Source: Podospora anserina
Lineage: Eukaryota
Length of the DNA: 64,000 nucleotides
NCBI GenBank assembly: GCA_017654855.1
Contig: CM030338.1
Coordinates: 1,922,001-1,986,000, forward strand
Reading direction: 5' to 3'
Positions 13,206 to 24,126 of the stretch are shown here, in pieces. How positions within the stretch are numbered: the first letter of the stretch is position 1; every line of letters starts with the position of its first letter. The notes under the pieces were generated by a model. It did not search any database, was not told the origin of the DNA, and saw only the letters and a list, made by a program, of their open reading frames with translations. Position numbers and translations under genes: made by a program.

Positions 13206-13931
13206 GGGCCGAGGCCGCATTTATACTCGGGTGGTCATGCTATTAGGAAGGCAGGTAGGAGGAAGTAGTTTGGGTAGGAAGGGGAGGTGTTGTGTGTCGG
13301 CAACGAGCAAGAAGGAGGATTTTTGGGTTCAGTTCTTTCTTCTCAGTAATATCATGTGCCATGATGATAATGAGTGGGAGGGGGGGGGAGGAAATGATAT
13401 TGGGTTTTTTGTTTCTTCCTCATTCGTATCTTTTATATAGCGTCAAGCGGAGGTAGTAGCAGCAGCATAGATAATCTCACGAGATACCCATATTGTTTTT
13501 TGTTCCAGCATCGGTGAGTGACTATGATTGATGGTTGAGTGATATGAATCAGTTCAAGGATCAGGTGCTCCATGGATTTGGTCAGGGCACCCCGCTAAGA
13601 AGGCACATCACACCCCGCTAGCGGCTTATCGATAACCTTAATTTGAGTGCATGTCCCCACTTTTATACGTCGCGCTGCCTTGTGGTGGTGCGCAAATGGT
13701 AGTCACTGCACTTCTATGGCGCAACTTGGCTTGCTCTTTGAACCTTGACTTTTCGACTTTTCGACTTTTGCAACAACAACAACAACAAAGAGCAACCCAA
13801 CTCAGCGAAGGATTTTTTTTTACTCCGTTGTGTGATGCGCTACCATCTTGCTCCACTCGATTTTTTTTTCCATTACGGGGCTTATTGGGCTGCTTGATTG
13901 ATTGATTGATTTGATAAACGACGACACGACG

Positions 13932-15368
13932 ATGGAGTCGCGCAAAGGTATGCATGCGATAACCCAACCCGACGCGTTAGGGGGAGGGTGGGGGGGAGGG
14001 TATCAAGCTGATGATGATGGGAAATAATAGACGAAGAAGCGACAATAAAGGTGGCTTCGACGAACAAGAAGTCCATGACGCCGTTGCGGGGGGGGAAAGG
14101 CGGAGGGGGGGTGGATGGGAAGATTAAGCTGAAGAAGCCCGGGCCGAGGTTCATCAAGCCGGGGAGTTGGAAGGAGGGGGGGGTTGTGGAGGGTTAGTAT
14201 CCCTTTTTCGCTCCTTTCGTGCGTTTGGGTGGTGTTGCTGATGGTGTTGGGAGCGACAACAGATGATAAGAAGAAGACAAAAGAAACCACCACCGCCGCC
14301 GCCGCCGCGTCGTCCCCCAGCCCCGTGGTCAACCAGCTTGACGAGTCCTCCCGCGAGACGTTTTCTACCGGCCGACCGCTTGATGATATACCCGAGCTTC
14401 AGTCTTGCAAGCACTGCAAGCAGGGGGTTACGAGGATTGCGGCCAAGGAGCATATTGCGCGGTGTTTGAAGATTAAGAAGGAGAAGGCGCAAAGGAAGAA
14501 GGAGGCTAGGGAGGCGAGGGAGAGGGCGAAGCAGCAGGAGGAGGCGAGGAAGATTGAGGGGGAGAACGGGGTTGGTGGGGATGATAGTGATGATGATGAT
14601 GGGGAGGGGGGGAAAGTTGGGGGTGGTGGTGGTGGTGGTGGTGGGACGGCGGGGAAGACGGCGAAGAGGGTTGCCGGGAAGAAGACGGAGGTTGGGGGGA
14701 AGAAGAGGAAGGCTGATGGGGAGATGGGGGGGAAGACGAAGAAAAAGAAGGAGGAGCCCAAGGGGAAGGTGGCTAAGCCGAAGGGGCCGGTGGATGTGGA
14801 GAGGCAGTGTGGTGTTACGCTTGCTAATGGGCTGCCTTGCGCGAGGAGTTTGACTTGTAAGAGTCATAGTATGAGCGCGAAGAGGGCGGTGCCGGGGAGG
14901 AGCTTGCCGTATGACATGTTGTTGTTGGCGTATCAGAAGAAGAATCAGGCCAAGCAGCAGAAGGCGGCGATTGATGCGAATGCGCCTTTGGAGGATGAGG
15001 ATGATGTGAATGCAGCGGCGGTGGACAGTGATGAGGAGACGGCCGCGGTGATGGCTGCGCTGGCTCATTGGAATCCGCAGCCGGTGGTGCCGCAGCCGGT
15101 GTTTACGCCGATTAAGAGGCAGTATCAGCTTTCGAGACTGCATGAGCAGTTGCAGACGGCCACGAATGGTGGGCGGGTCAATATCTTCAAGGTCAGCGGC
15201 TTCGGCGCCCAGAGGCTTCCGGATGGGCATCCGGGCCTGTTTGATGCCGAGGATGCCCCGGGGGAGCCTGACATCATCATGGGCGGTACCGACTTTCAAC
15301 GACGCTCGTCGAGTTTCAGTCTTGCTGGACCACCGCAACGGCGGCCGTCGGTGACAGGTCGGGCTTAG
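13932..15368 (+). CDS. SGF73: SAGA deubiquitination-module subunit Sgf73 (ataxin-7/SCA7 domain); exons 13932-13947, 14031-14192, 14263-15368 (427 aa)
   Basis: N-terminal zinc finger CKHC..H..C and SCA7 domain [40 protein letters not shown]. Introns 13948-14030 and 14193-14262 keep the frame. Ends at TAG 15366-15368. Confidence 0.92.
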
Positions 15369-16850
15369 AAAGCTCCGCCTGGTATTGCATCGTCGCCTCC
15401 ACCCCAGTTACCAAGAAACCAGTCAGCGTCTCTCCCTCCCCAGCGACGAGCTAGCCACCCGCTTACAGAAACAGGGTCGAATACTGGCACGATCCCGGGG
15501 AGACAGCAGCAGCAGCAACCGGAACCGGAACCGCAACCGCGATCACAACAGGCATACCCAACACCGGTTCTAAAGTCGGAATCTATACCGAACCTCAACC
15601 CACCTCGAGCGAGACCATCGCTGTCTCTGAAAGTGCCGAAGTCTCGGCCAAATACACCCAACTTACCTTCTGTCCCATCTCCCCCCGAACAAGAGATGGG
15701 GGTCTTGGTGTCGCGGCCAGGGGAGGCTAGACCTAGGCAGCAGGGATTGCCAACACCGGTTATGCCTTCTCGACCGTCTCCCCTTGAGCAACCTGAGCAG
15801 TCTGAGCAACCTGAGCAACCAGAGCAACCTGAGCTACCTGAGCTCCCTGAGCAACCCGAGCAACCCGAGCAAGAGGACCCGCTCGTTGCTCAAGAACGGG
15901 CCATTATACTAGGAAGGCCCGCACAACCGGCTACGTCGTCACCCGCGATGCAGTGGGTGCATGTCCCGGTGGCAAGTAGTCCACAGACGCCTAACCCTCC
16001 TCCTACTCCGCGTCTTGGATCGGAGGCGGGTTCACGCCGGGGATCGATAACAACACAAGGTTCTTCTCCAGTGTTGCCCATGGCTGAACCCCCGGCCAGA
16101 CCTCAAAAGATTGACACCTTACAAGTGCCCCCGCAACGAAATCTTCTCCAACAGCAGCAGAAACAGCGGCGAAGCTCTCTTTCATCCCACTTACCTTCGA
16201 GTCCAGTAGTGCCGTCTCAGGCAGTTCCGATGGCGCCTCCTGAGCTGAGCCCGGAGACAGTTCCGGCATCACCCATCGCACGGCCTGCTTCACGGGCACG
16301 ACCCACACATATCCAATTACCGCCACAGCAAGTACCCGCAAACTGGGCAGGAGTGCCCCCTCATCTTCGGCTTCCAAGCCAGGTCTTGCCATCGCAACTG
16401 AACACACAGTTTGCACCACGCCGCTTCTCTCAATCACACATCGACCCATCCACTAGCCACGCAGCCCATTATCGACTTGCCCAGTTTCGGGCGATGCAGC
16501 AACAAGCCGGGTTTGCTCATCAACTAGAGGCTCAGGCAGCTGGTTTTGCAATGGCAGGGCCAGCCCACCCTATTCCTATGATAAGGCGGGCATCAGATGC
16601 TCAGCCGCCGGTGTCGCCGGTGTCGAGGACGATGTCGATGCCGTTAGCGATGCCGGGCTTGTCTCCGTCACAGGTGGAGGCGAGGTCGAGGCAGCTGGTG
16701 CATGGCGACTTTGTGGGAGGAAACACGGGGGTCGAGTTTATGATGCAGCAGACGCAGGGGTTTGCCGGGTACCCAGGTCACCAGCAGCATTATCAGCAAG
16801 AACAACTATTTTTACCACATCAACAGAATCCATTTCAGGGCCAGCAGTAG
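15369..16850 (+). CDS. 493-codon in-frame open extension directly after the Sgf73 TAG; candidate readthrough/edited C-terminal extension, alternatively a separate gene from ATG 15696
   Basis: No stop in the Sgf73 frame from 15369 to 16847. The encoded sequence is P/Q/S-rich, with PEQ repeats that vary at synonymous positions and repeated RRxS motifs. Confidence 0.65.
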   Translation, partial: KAPPGIASSPPPQLPRNQSASLPPQRRASHPLTETGSNTGTIPGRQQQQQPEPEPQPRSQQAYPTPVLKSESIPNLNPPRARPSLSLKVPKSRPNTPNLPSVPSPPEQEMGVLVSRPGEARPRQQGLPTPVMPSRPSPLEQPEQSEQPEQPEQPELPELPEQPEQPEQEDPLVAQERAIILGRPAQPATSSPAMQWVHVPVASSPQTPNPPPTPRLGSEAGSRRGSITTQGSSPVLPMAEPPARPQKIDTLQVPPQRNLLQQQQKQRRSSLSSHLPSSPVVPSQAVPMAPPELSPETVPASPIARPASRARPTHIQLPPQQVPANWAGVPPHLRLPSQVLPSQLNTQFAPRRFSQSHIDPSTSHAAHYRLAQFRAMQQQAGFAHQLEAQAAGFAMAGPAHPIPMIRRASDAQPPVSPVSRTMSMPLAMPGLSPSQVEARSRQLVHGDFVGGNTGVEFMMQQTQGFAGYPGHQQHYQQEQLFLPHQQNPFQGQQ

Positions 16851-17688
16851 GAGGAGCTGGACTATGTGATGGGTGCTGGGGGGGTTGAGTCTATGATGCA
16901 CGGGTTTGTTGTGTACCCTGATCAAGAAGATTCTCGATACCCGCCTCATCGGCGAAACTTATATCATGGCCAGGAATAGGAATACCTGGCTTAGCAGACA
17001 TATCATTTTCGGTGCTTTGCCACGAGGAGGAGTGGCTTTTCGATGTTATATACCCCTTTGCTTTCCTTTTCTTCTTTTCTCGGGGTGATTGTCGTTATCT
17101 CAACATTGCTACTATTATATCCATGTTTTTCGGTCGGCGTTTTTTTATACATTTTTCCTACGAAGGGTTCCAGGACAGCAATCAATGGGGATGGATATTT
17201 TTCTCGGGGTCAGAGAGGGGGGAAGCGAAACGGCGTTTTGGCTTTGATTGTTTACCGTCCTTTCTTTTGCTGGATTTCTGTTTTGTTTTTTTTTGTTTTT
17301 ACTTCAATTTATTAGTTTTGGGCAAAAAGGCTGGGCCAGCTCTGGATTTGACGCAAGGAATTGATGGTTGCTTGGCTTTGAGTCGTGCTGGATTACCCTA
17401 TAGAAGGGGGTTTGTTTCTTGGGGGAAGTGTTTAATCAGTTGTTTTATTAGAGGAAATGGGGGGGTGTACACTATAGGGTTTGTCATTGCAGGGTGAGAA
17501 AGCAGGAATTGATATTTTTGACTGTTTGTGCTTGTGGTGTTGAAAGTGAAGGTGTGTGTGTGTGGTGGTTTGACGAGATGTGAGGGGTGATGAAGGGGGT
17601 GGAGGGAGGTTAAGGGTGAGTGGAGGTGGTGGTTGGTGGGTGTTAAATGGTGGGAGACTGGGGGTGGGGGACATGAAGATTTGAAAGG

Positions 17689-17814
17689 GGGCGTGTGGCT
17701 CAGTTGGTAGAGCGTTCGCTTAGCATATTTGAGAAAAATGAAGGCTTTCTGATGTGAGAGGTGGAGTTCAAACGGGTATGCGAAAGGTCCTGGGTTCGAT
17801 TCCCAGCTCGTCCA
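17689..17814 (+). tRNA. tRNA-Ala: tRNA-Ala(AGC) with a 53-nt intron (17726-17778)
   Basis: GGGCGTG/CTCGTCCA acceptor stem with G3:U70, A box TGGCTCAGTTGG, anticodon arm TTCGC-TTAGCA|T-GCGAA, T arm CTGGG-TTCGATT-CCCAG. Confidence 0.95.
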
Positions 17815-19479
17815 TGATCCACTATGATGGTGATTCTTTTGCTGGGTCGGGCTGGTTTATCTTTTTGGGGGAAAAGATGGTGGAATTGGCTGTGATATGG
17901 GGAATGGTGGCGGCGTTGATGGTCGGATGTTTTGAGCATTCTTTTGATGTGGGAAGAGATCTAAGTGTTGGTTTTTTGTGCTAGTGTTTCTCTGACCATT
18001 TATCTAGCCAAAAAAAAAAAAAAAAAACCACTCTTGAATGGGCAAGGGGTGAGTTGATAATTGGCCTTAGTTTCTTGTCATCTAGCATCGTCGAGATTAT
18101 GTACTTAACCCGTTAAGGGGAGATAGTCCCACGATAGACCAGGACAGTGATACTTTGTCGTTGTGGACTTTTATAGTTATATTGAGTCGACTTGGAATCA
18201 CACTGCCAGACGCTTCAAAGACGAGAAATCGAAAGAAAGAAGGACTGGGGCTATCTATCCAATTCCTTGACGCCTACCTTAGATATGTAGATGATACCAA
18301 GATAACTCCAACCGATCACTTCTACCGCCTGCCCTCCACCCACGCCGCCTCTCCCCTACTACGTAGGCACATCCGTCATCCCCTCACATCAAAAGTGGCT
18401 ACCTTACCTTCGGAGCATACTACCGTGTTAATACAGACCACCACGGAACAAGGAGCACCGGGACGTTTTCCGTTAGGCCGGTCGCTTCCCCGCGGTAGAT
18501 GGTTCCACAGGATACACAGCTAGAGACGATTCTACACCCTGCTGCTTGTACGAGGACGAGGGGAATCTCCTAGAGAGGGTGTTTCGATCTCTCGGTCCTT
18601 CGACTCAACGATGGAGGAAGGCGACCAAGCTCGCGAGCGAGCGCAGCGAAAGCGTCCCAGTCCGAGGGTATGTAGAGGACCGGACCGGGGCCGAATTAGT
18701 TGAGTAGTGATTGCAGGTTGCCGGGCGTTGAAAGATTGGGGGACTGGGGTAGGAGGTTGGGTATGTTCTGTTCACTGCTAATCGTGAAATAAAGATCGTG
18801 TGGAAGCGGTGGATGGGATTGCTGTTGGGTTGGCTGTTGAAAACTTGTGTGATGGAGATGTGGTCTAGGAGCGAAGTACTCTCGTGACCTCGAGGTCCAT
18901 TGTTGTGATGGGGGAGTGTTGTTTTGTAAGAGGGGAGGTATTGTAAGGGTCAGTATGTAGCTAAGAGGTAGTTGGGGGTGGGGGTGAACTTGGGTGGGAG
19001 ATAGGTAGTGGGCGACTCTGGCTACCATCATAGGGCTCAAGACGGATCGTGATGTAACGATATCAATAGGAAGATAATAGTGTCTGAGAATGGACTTGAT
19101 ATTAAATGTGAAAGTCTTTCGAGTTTTGTTGTTGCTAAAGGTCTGACTATATTTCGAGTGCTAGACCTTCCCTTGAACTATACTTATGATACGTGTCATT
19201 TTAGTTGATAAGAATTTGAATGACGGTAAAAGATCTCTCAGCTTTCGTTTCTTTAGTCCTCTGCATCTCTTATAGATATACTAAGCTTATGCCCTTTAAT
19301 TTGGACCCCTCTTCAACCAGTCTACAGCTAGTCCACTGGAACGGTAAAAGAGAACATATGTGGTCACGATTCGGGTAATCCAGCCCATCAAGATAATCTC
19401 CTCCGACTTTTCCATCAATAATACGAACGGATAATGCATTACCACTTCCGGCGGCGTCTTAATCAAAATAGAGCCAGCC

Positions 19480-20526
19480 ACAATAGATAAGATTTAAGTC
19501 ATATATAACTTACTCTTATTTCTATCCTAATTAAGAAGATGTCTACTACCTTTTAGCGATTAAGGATAGAGACGCTAGTTTAATCTATCCCAAATCCAAT
19601 CACTATCGTTATCCCGTTCTTAGGACTCCTATACAAGATCGGGTTTGCTATCTGTTCCCCGTTATTCAGTCTCACAGGGATCTCTTGTTCTTCTTGACTA
19701 CCTGGGAAGAAGGTTACATCTCGTGACGTACCTTGGAGGCCGATGAGATTGCCTGAAACCCTCTGACGCTTTCCCTCATGAGTAGTGAACTCAAGGTCAG
19801 AAAATGGAGTAAAACAGAAGTCAAACAAGAACTCCTTATAGCCCCAAACTGATTAAAGAGAGAATCTATCACCCTCTCTTTGAGGTCCTGGTCCTATGCG
19901 AACCAATATCTCATGACGCGAGGGATCATGGGCTGAACAGGAGACTCATATGCATGAAGATTCTCTTGGAACCTGGCCCGGCCAGGCACAGAGGTTCTAG
20001 ACTGCCAGATGTTGTTCGCCGGAAAGAGAAAAGATAGTATCCACCAAGAAATTTCTGAGCCGTCACAATTGTATAAAATAAGCGGGGATTAATTAAAGGG
20101 GTTGTGTATGAAGAACCGCCATCGGTAAGGATATAATGTTTTAGATGTTACTTCTTGGGAGTTGGTGATATCTGTGTGTATAGTGGAAGCTGAATAGGAG
20201 ATTTTGGTGTTGCTGGCGACTGCCGCATCAACTTTTGAGTAATCCCCGTCTATAACAGCTCCTTTGTCAAACGGTTGGTCGCTCTCCAAGACAGGCCTGA
20301 GGACGATGTTTCTCTGGAGGTCGTAAGTAACAGTAGGGAGACTGTCGCATTTTTGTAGGGATGACGGTGGAATTGGTGAATATCTCAATAAAGTCTTCTC
20401 AACTTCCATATCAAAAAGCTTCCAAAAGATTGATTCGTTAGCTGTCCAAATACTTTCAGAAACCCCAATATAAGCATGTGAGAAGATGCAACGGATTTCG
20501 GGCAACAGACCTATTTCAAAATCCAT
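19480..20526 (-). pseudogene. Disrupted coding relic of unknown family, with RIP-like nonsense changes and a frameshift
   Basis: ORF 20526-20089 continues past TAA (20091) to TAG (19896). A second frame carries TAA (19855) and ORF 19828-19580. The TAA/TAG stops are compatible with CAA/CAG C-to-T changes, and the flank is TpA-rich. Confidence 0.5.
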
Positions 20527-20947
20527 CTTATATCACAAAAGGATCCTTTAAGCTTTGAAACTTATCGTACCTGCATCCTCTCATACATATAACATGTGAA
20601 ATCCACGATTGGGTGTCGCAAAAATCGTTGATCACCAACCCTCATGCACCCCACAATCGAACAAACCCAGGGGGGGTGGTCCAGCACGCTAAGAAGCGGG
20701 ATGACGTCGTTGGTTCAAACACTCCGAGCTCCCCACAAACATGCATGGCCGATGCGTTCATGTCCATTGCAACGGGAAAAGAGCATGCATGTTACCGAGG
20801 TTCACGATAGTTTTGTCCTGTACCTATATGAATTGACAAGGACCACCTAATCTTTCCGTTTCCTCCCCCAATTTACTTGCTCCCTTCTGATCTTTCTATC
20901 ACCTCCCACTTGTCGCCTTGTCTGTCCCATCATTTTACACTCACAGA

Positions 20948-22137
20948 ATGCCACGAGCATCCAAACTCCTCCCCTCCCTAGGCCACGCCTCCTCCGGCGC
21001 GGCCGGCACAGTAATCTCCACCCTCCTTACCTACCCCCTCGACCTAGTCAACACCCGCCTCAAAGTCCAGCGCCAGCTCCGCCTCGACGACTCCCTCTCC
21101 GAAGACGAGTGTTACCGCTCCGTCTTTGACGCCTTTGTCAAGATCTACGACACCGAAGGCGGGATCCCGGCATTCTTTGCCGGTTTGAGCGCCGATGTTC
21201 TCAAATCAGCGGTGGATTCATTTCTGTTCTTTTTGTTTTATACCGTAAGTCCCCCCACCCCCAACCATTGATAATAGTAGGGAAATGCTGACATAGGTTG
21301 GGATAGTGGTTCCGCGCGCGACGCCTCGTAGGCCGACATCCGGATCTGCCATATCTAAGAGTTGTCGAGGAGCTGGCGGTGGGGGCTGCAGCGGGGGCTT
21401 GCGCAAAGTTGTTCACCACCCCGGTGAGCAACGTTGTCACACGGAGGCAGACGGCGTCGTTGCTGGATAGGTCGCCGCCTTCCTCACCTACACGGAAACA
21501 ACAAACGCAAAAGGGGTTTTGGGAGGTGCTGAGGGAGATTCAGGCTGAGAAAGGGGGTGTTCTTGGACTGTGGGCTGGGTATTCAGCATCTTTGGTCCTG
21601 ACGCTCAACCCAAGCTTGACATTCTTCTTGCAGGCGATACTGAAGAGGGTGTTGGTCGACAGAAAGAAGTGGGACGATCCGGGGAGCGGGATCACCTTTT
21701 TGCTGGCGGCGATGAGCAAAGTTGGCGCTACTGCTGTTACCTACCCGTTTCAGATTGGAAAGGCGAGGCTGCAGATGGGGCATAAGAGTAGTAAGGGTGA
21801 GGGTGAAAAGGAGAAGAGGGGTGGGATCTTTAATACTGTGGCGAGGATACGAAGGGAGGAGGGGGTCAGGGCGTTGTATGATGGGATTGGAGGCGAGTTG
21901 TTGAAGGGTTTCTTTAACCACGGGACAACAATGCTGACAAAGGATGTGGTGCACGGGGTTATTATTAAGCTGTATTACATCGTGGCTGGGTTCTTGGTGC
22001 AATGGCCTGCTTTGAAGAGGATATTGGTGGAGAGGATGAGGAAGAGAAATGAGAAAGGGGGCTGGCAACTGGTTGGGATGGGAGTGCTGGCGGATCTGGT
22101 AAAAGGCGGGAGGATTGGGGCATCAATGATGAGGTGA
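20948..22137 (+). CDS. ANT1: Mitochondrial-carrier-family protein, peroxisomal adenine nucleotide transporter Ant1-like; exons 20948-21244 and 21307-22137
   Basis: Three carrier signature-like motifs (YPLDLVNTRLK, TPVSNVVTRRQ, YPFQIGKARLQ) plus WAGYSASLVLTLNPSLTF. Intron 21245-21306. Confidence 0.85.
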
Positions 22138-22209
22138 CGCCGATTATGAAATGCATTGATTGTTATATAGAAGAATATTGGGTATTTGCGGGCGTTCCGG
22201 ATAAAACAT

Positions 22210-23420
22210 CTACACGGTAAAAGTTACAGTGTCCTTTTTGACCGTGTTGGCTCCTCCCGCAGAAAAGCCAGTACCTTCTCTGCGTAGCTCGACGAGGCCG
22301 GGACGTACTTTTTCTTTCTCTTTGCCCTCCTTCTCTTTCTTGCTGGGTTTGGACTCTGTCAGGTTAGCTTCACAGACATAACACAAGACCGGTTCTGATG
22401 ACTTGGAGGAGGAAGGCTTCATGAACTGGTCGACGCAGCTCTTGCAAAGGACGTGGCCGCATGGCTTTGCGAGAGTGGCTCTGGATGAGTTGGTCAGGCC
22501 CTTTTTACAGGCGGGACATATTCTTGTTGTCTTTTTGGTGGAGGAGTCGGTTTCTTCGGTGAAGTGGACTGTTACGAGAGTGTGGAGGGAGTAATAGTGG
22601 GGGTTGTCTTGTGAGCTCGAGGGACAAGTTGGTTGGGTTTTGGTCTTCCTCTTGACTTCGTGGAGGGTGTTGTTTTTGTTGGAGGAGGGCGTTACGAATG
22701 GGGACCAGAAGGAGGGCAGTGTTGGTTTTGCGGCCTGATTTGATGTTAGCTATTTATCCAGTTGAAACATATGCCTTGAAGGTGGCCGTACCTTTTCACT
22801 GTCAATCGCCTTTCTTGCCTTGGCTCTTTCCTCGGATGCAATACGTGCTAATTCGTCCTCGTCAAGGGCAAACTTGCGTTTCTCGCCCGTTTTCGCAGTA
22901 GGATCAGGTGTCCCGTTTAATTCCGATGGTGTTGCCTCAGGTGGCGGTTTTTCCATTGGTGTTGATGTTGACGTTGACGACTTCTTCCCATCGGCTCGAG
23001 CAGCAGGCTTGAGACTCAGCCCGGCCTGTGTCAACTCAAACTCCCGAATTGCCCTCGCCTCGGCCTCGGCATCGGCACGCGCCTGCTCCTCCAGAGCCTC
23101 CTTGTCTTCCTGTTCACGGGCCTTTTCATTGCGTTTGATTTCTTTCTTTTGGGCGAGGATGTTGCTCAGGGCGCATTCGCGGCAGAATAAGTCGCCGTTG
23201 GTGCATGCGACTGGATCGATGGCGGGCTCTAGACATAGCCAGCAGGAGGCAAACGGGAGGAAGGAGTCGCGGCCGAGACGGGCGGTGGAATCACCCCAGG
23301 CCGCGCGAGCCATGGCCCGCTCGTGGGAGGTGAAGATTGGGCGGGTGGTGTTTCTTTTGCCTGGAGGGTTAGCTTGCATGGCTGAATCTCAAATAAAATG
23401 TATGACTTACTGTGTGCCAT
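22210..23420 (-). CDS. NOSIP: NOSIP-like RING/U-box protein; exons 23420-23411, 23360-22792, 22734-22210
   Basis: N-terminus [58 protein letters not shown], a C-terminal RING ([17 protein letters not shown]), and [10 protein letters not shown]. Introns 23410-23361 and 22791-22735. Confidence 0.88.
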
Positions 23421-23674
23421 ATTTGCGCGTGTCGATATCAACTGCTGAGATCTCAATGTTGGGAAGAAGTCTCAACCAGCATCAGAGCTGCTGTCAAAAT
23501 AAATGTGGGTCGATTTCAATCCTGGGGAAGCTTGGCATTAAACCCCCCCTTGTCCTTTTACCAGGGGAGGCGACAGGGCACATGCTAAAATCGGCGCGGG
23601 TCGCGTTCTTTTCTGTTGCGGGCCGCGATTTTGAACTTTGTCTCCATCTTTCCGATCGCTCTGAAGAGAGAAGG

Positions 23675-23697
23675 GTGTGTGTGTGTGTGTGTGTGTG
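23675..23697. repeat. (GT)n microsatellite in the divergent NOSIP/tafazzin promoter region
   Basis: Read directly from the sequence. Confidence 0.9.
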
Positions 23698-24126
23698 GGC
23701 CCTCCTCGTGGTGGGCGACTGACAAACCTGCTGAAGAGAAACTCGAAGCTTTTTGTTGGTCCTGCGCCGTTTCTTGCTTTTTTGCCCATCACATCACTCA
23801 CACCCCGTCCTCTTTTACGGTCGGGTCTCTTCACGATTCCCATATCTTTTATCTTTGCTCTCTCTTTTTTCCCACTTTCCTCCCCCTCGGCAATGCAATA
23901 GACCACCAGTTTCGCTGCTCTTTTTCTCGGGGGCCTCAACAAAAATCTCTAACTCCTTCCTGTTTTTAACCGTCACAGTGTTACATCGGGCAACAAACCA
24001 TCCGGCCGTTTTGTCTCCCTCTTAACTTATAAACTCACCTCACCCACAGATATATCTCACTTACACATCGCCATTGATAATACAACATTGAGTTTTAATA
24101 TCCCCCCCGAGTATCGTAAAACTCAA

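Noticed and set aside
13588-13636. Twice-repeated CACCCCGCTA and TTATCGATAA palindrome upstream of SGF73
   Set aside because: A plausible promoter motif, but too short to assign a factor without enrichment analysis.
14154-15338. 394-aa minus-strand ORF, and similar long antisense ORFs such as 22820-23722, 43595-44488 and 61571-62296
   Set aside because: These are shadow frames of well-supported genes on the opposite strand, caused by codon bias.
18104-18120. TTAACCCGTTAA resembling a piggyBac TTAA-CCC terminus
   Set aside because: No matching GGG-TTAA inverted end or transposase was found.
18430-18700. Weak resemblance to 5S rRNA (ATAC.GACCA..CGGGA) and to AAV-ITR or plasmid-like GAGCGAGCGCAG motifs
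   Set aside because: Only scattered short matches. The internal 5S control region and any extended hairpin are absent.
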